Part shown: in pieces, positions 19,970-20,000 of the stretch
How positions within the stretch are numbered: the stretch's first letter is position 1
Layout of the letters: each line of letters opens with the position of its first letter
Assembly: GCA_036172245.1 (NCBI GenBank)
Contig: JAYWIR010000137.1
Span: 53,296-73,295 of the forward strand
Direction of reading: 5' to 3'
Length of the DNA stretch: 20,000 nt
Origin: Raillietiella orientalis
Lineage: Eukaryota
Position numbers and translations under genes: made by a program
Notes under the pieces: model-generated
What the model saw: only the letters and a program-made list of their open reading frames with translations
Told to the model about the DNA's origin: nothing
The model's database searches: none

Positions 19970-20000
19970 TCGAATGCTTTGCGCAAGTCGACCGCGACTG
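19970..20000 (-). mobile_element. Right TSD copy and continuation of the interrupted minus-strand element
   Basis: Reverse complement encodes VAVDLRKAF(D), joining in frame to YVDEELLL at 12864 and below. Confidence 0.92.

Overview
Eukaryotic, GC-rich DNA. About 94% of the window is a nested, scrambled cluster of one family (several subfamilies) of two-ORF non-LTR retrotransposons of L1/Tx1-like architecture. ORF1 has an RRM-like region and two CCHC knuckles; ORF2 has an APE endonuclease, a YADD reverse transcriptase and a C-terminal CX2CX7HX4C motif. I resolve about 16 segments, including one full-length but ORF2-disabled copy (14323-19969). The family's termini are readable from repeated copies: 5' GGACGTG(T/A)TT, and 3' AATAAA plus a CCCGG..CCGGG hairpin plus TGAAAA with no long poly(A). 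A 14-bp target-site duplication brackets a 7.1-kb double-ORF1 composite inserted antisense into the RT of another copy. 13 of 16 element-element junctions switch strand. ORF1's stop codon sits in a conserved stem-loop overlapping an AUG-less ORF2, and the endonuclease appears to lack the usual target-recognition hairpin region. The only non-element island (~9575-10770) holds a small multi-exon minus-strand gene model. All calls come from manual reading and alignment, with no database searches, so fragment borders are approximate to a few bases.
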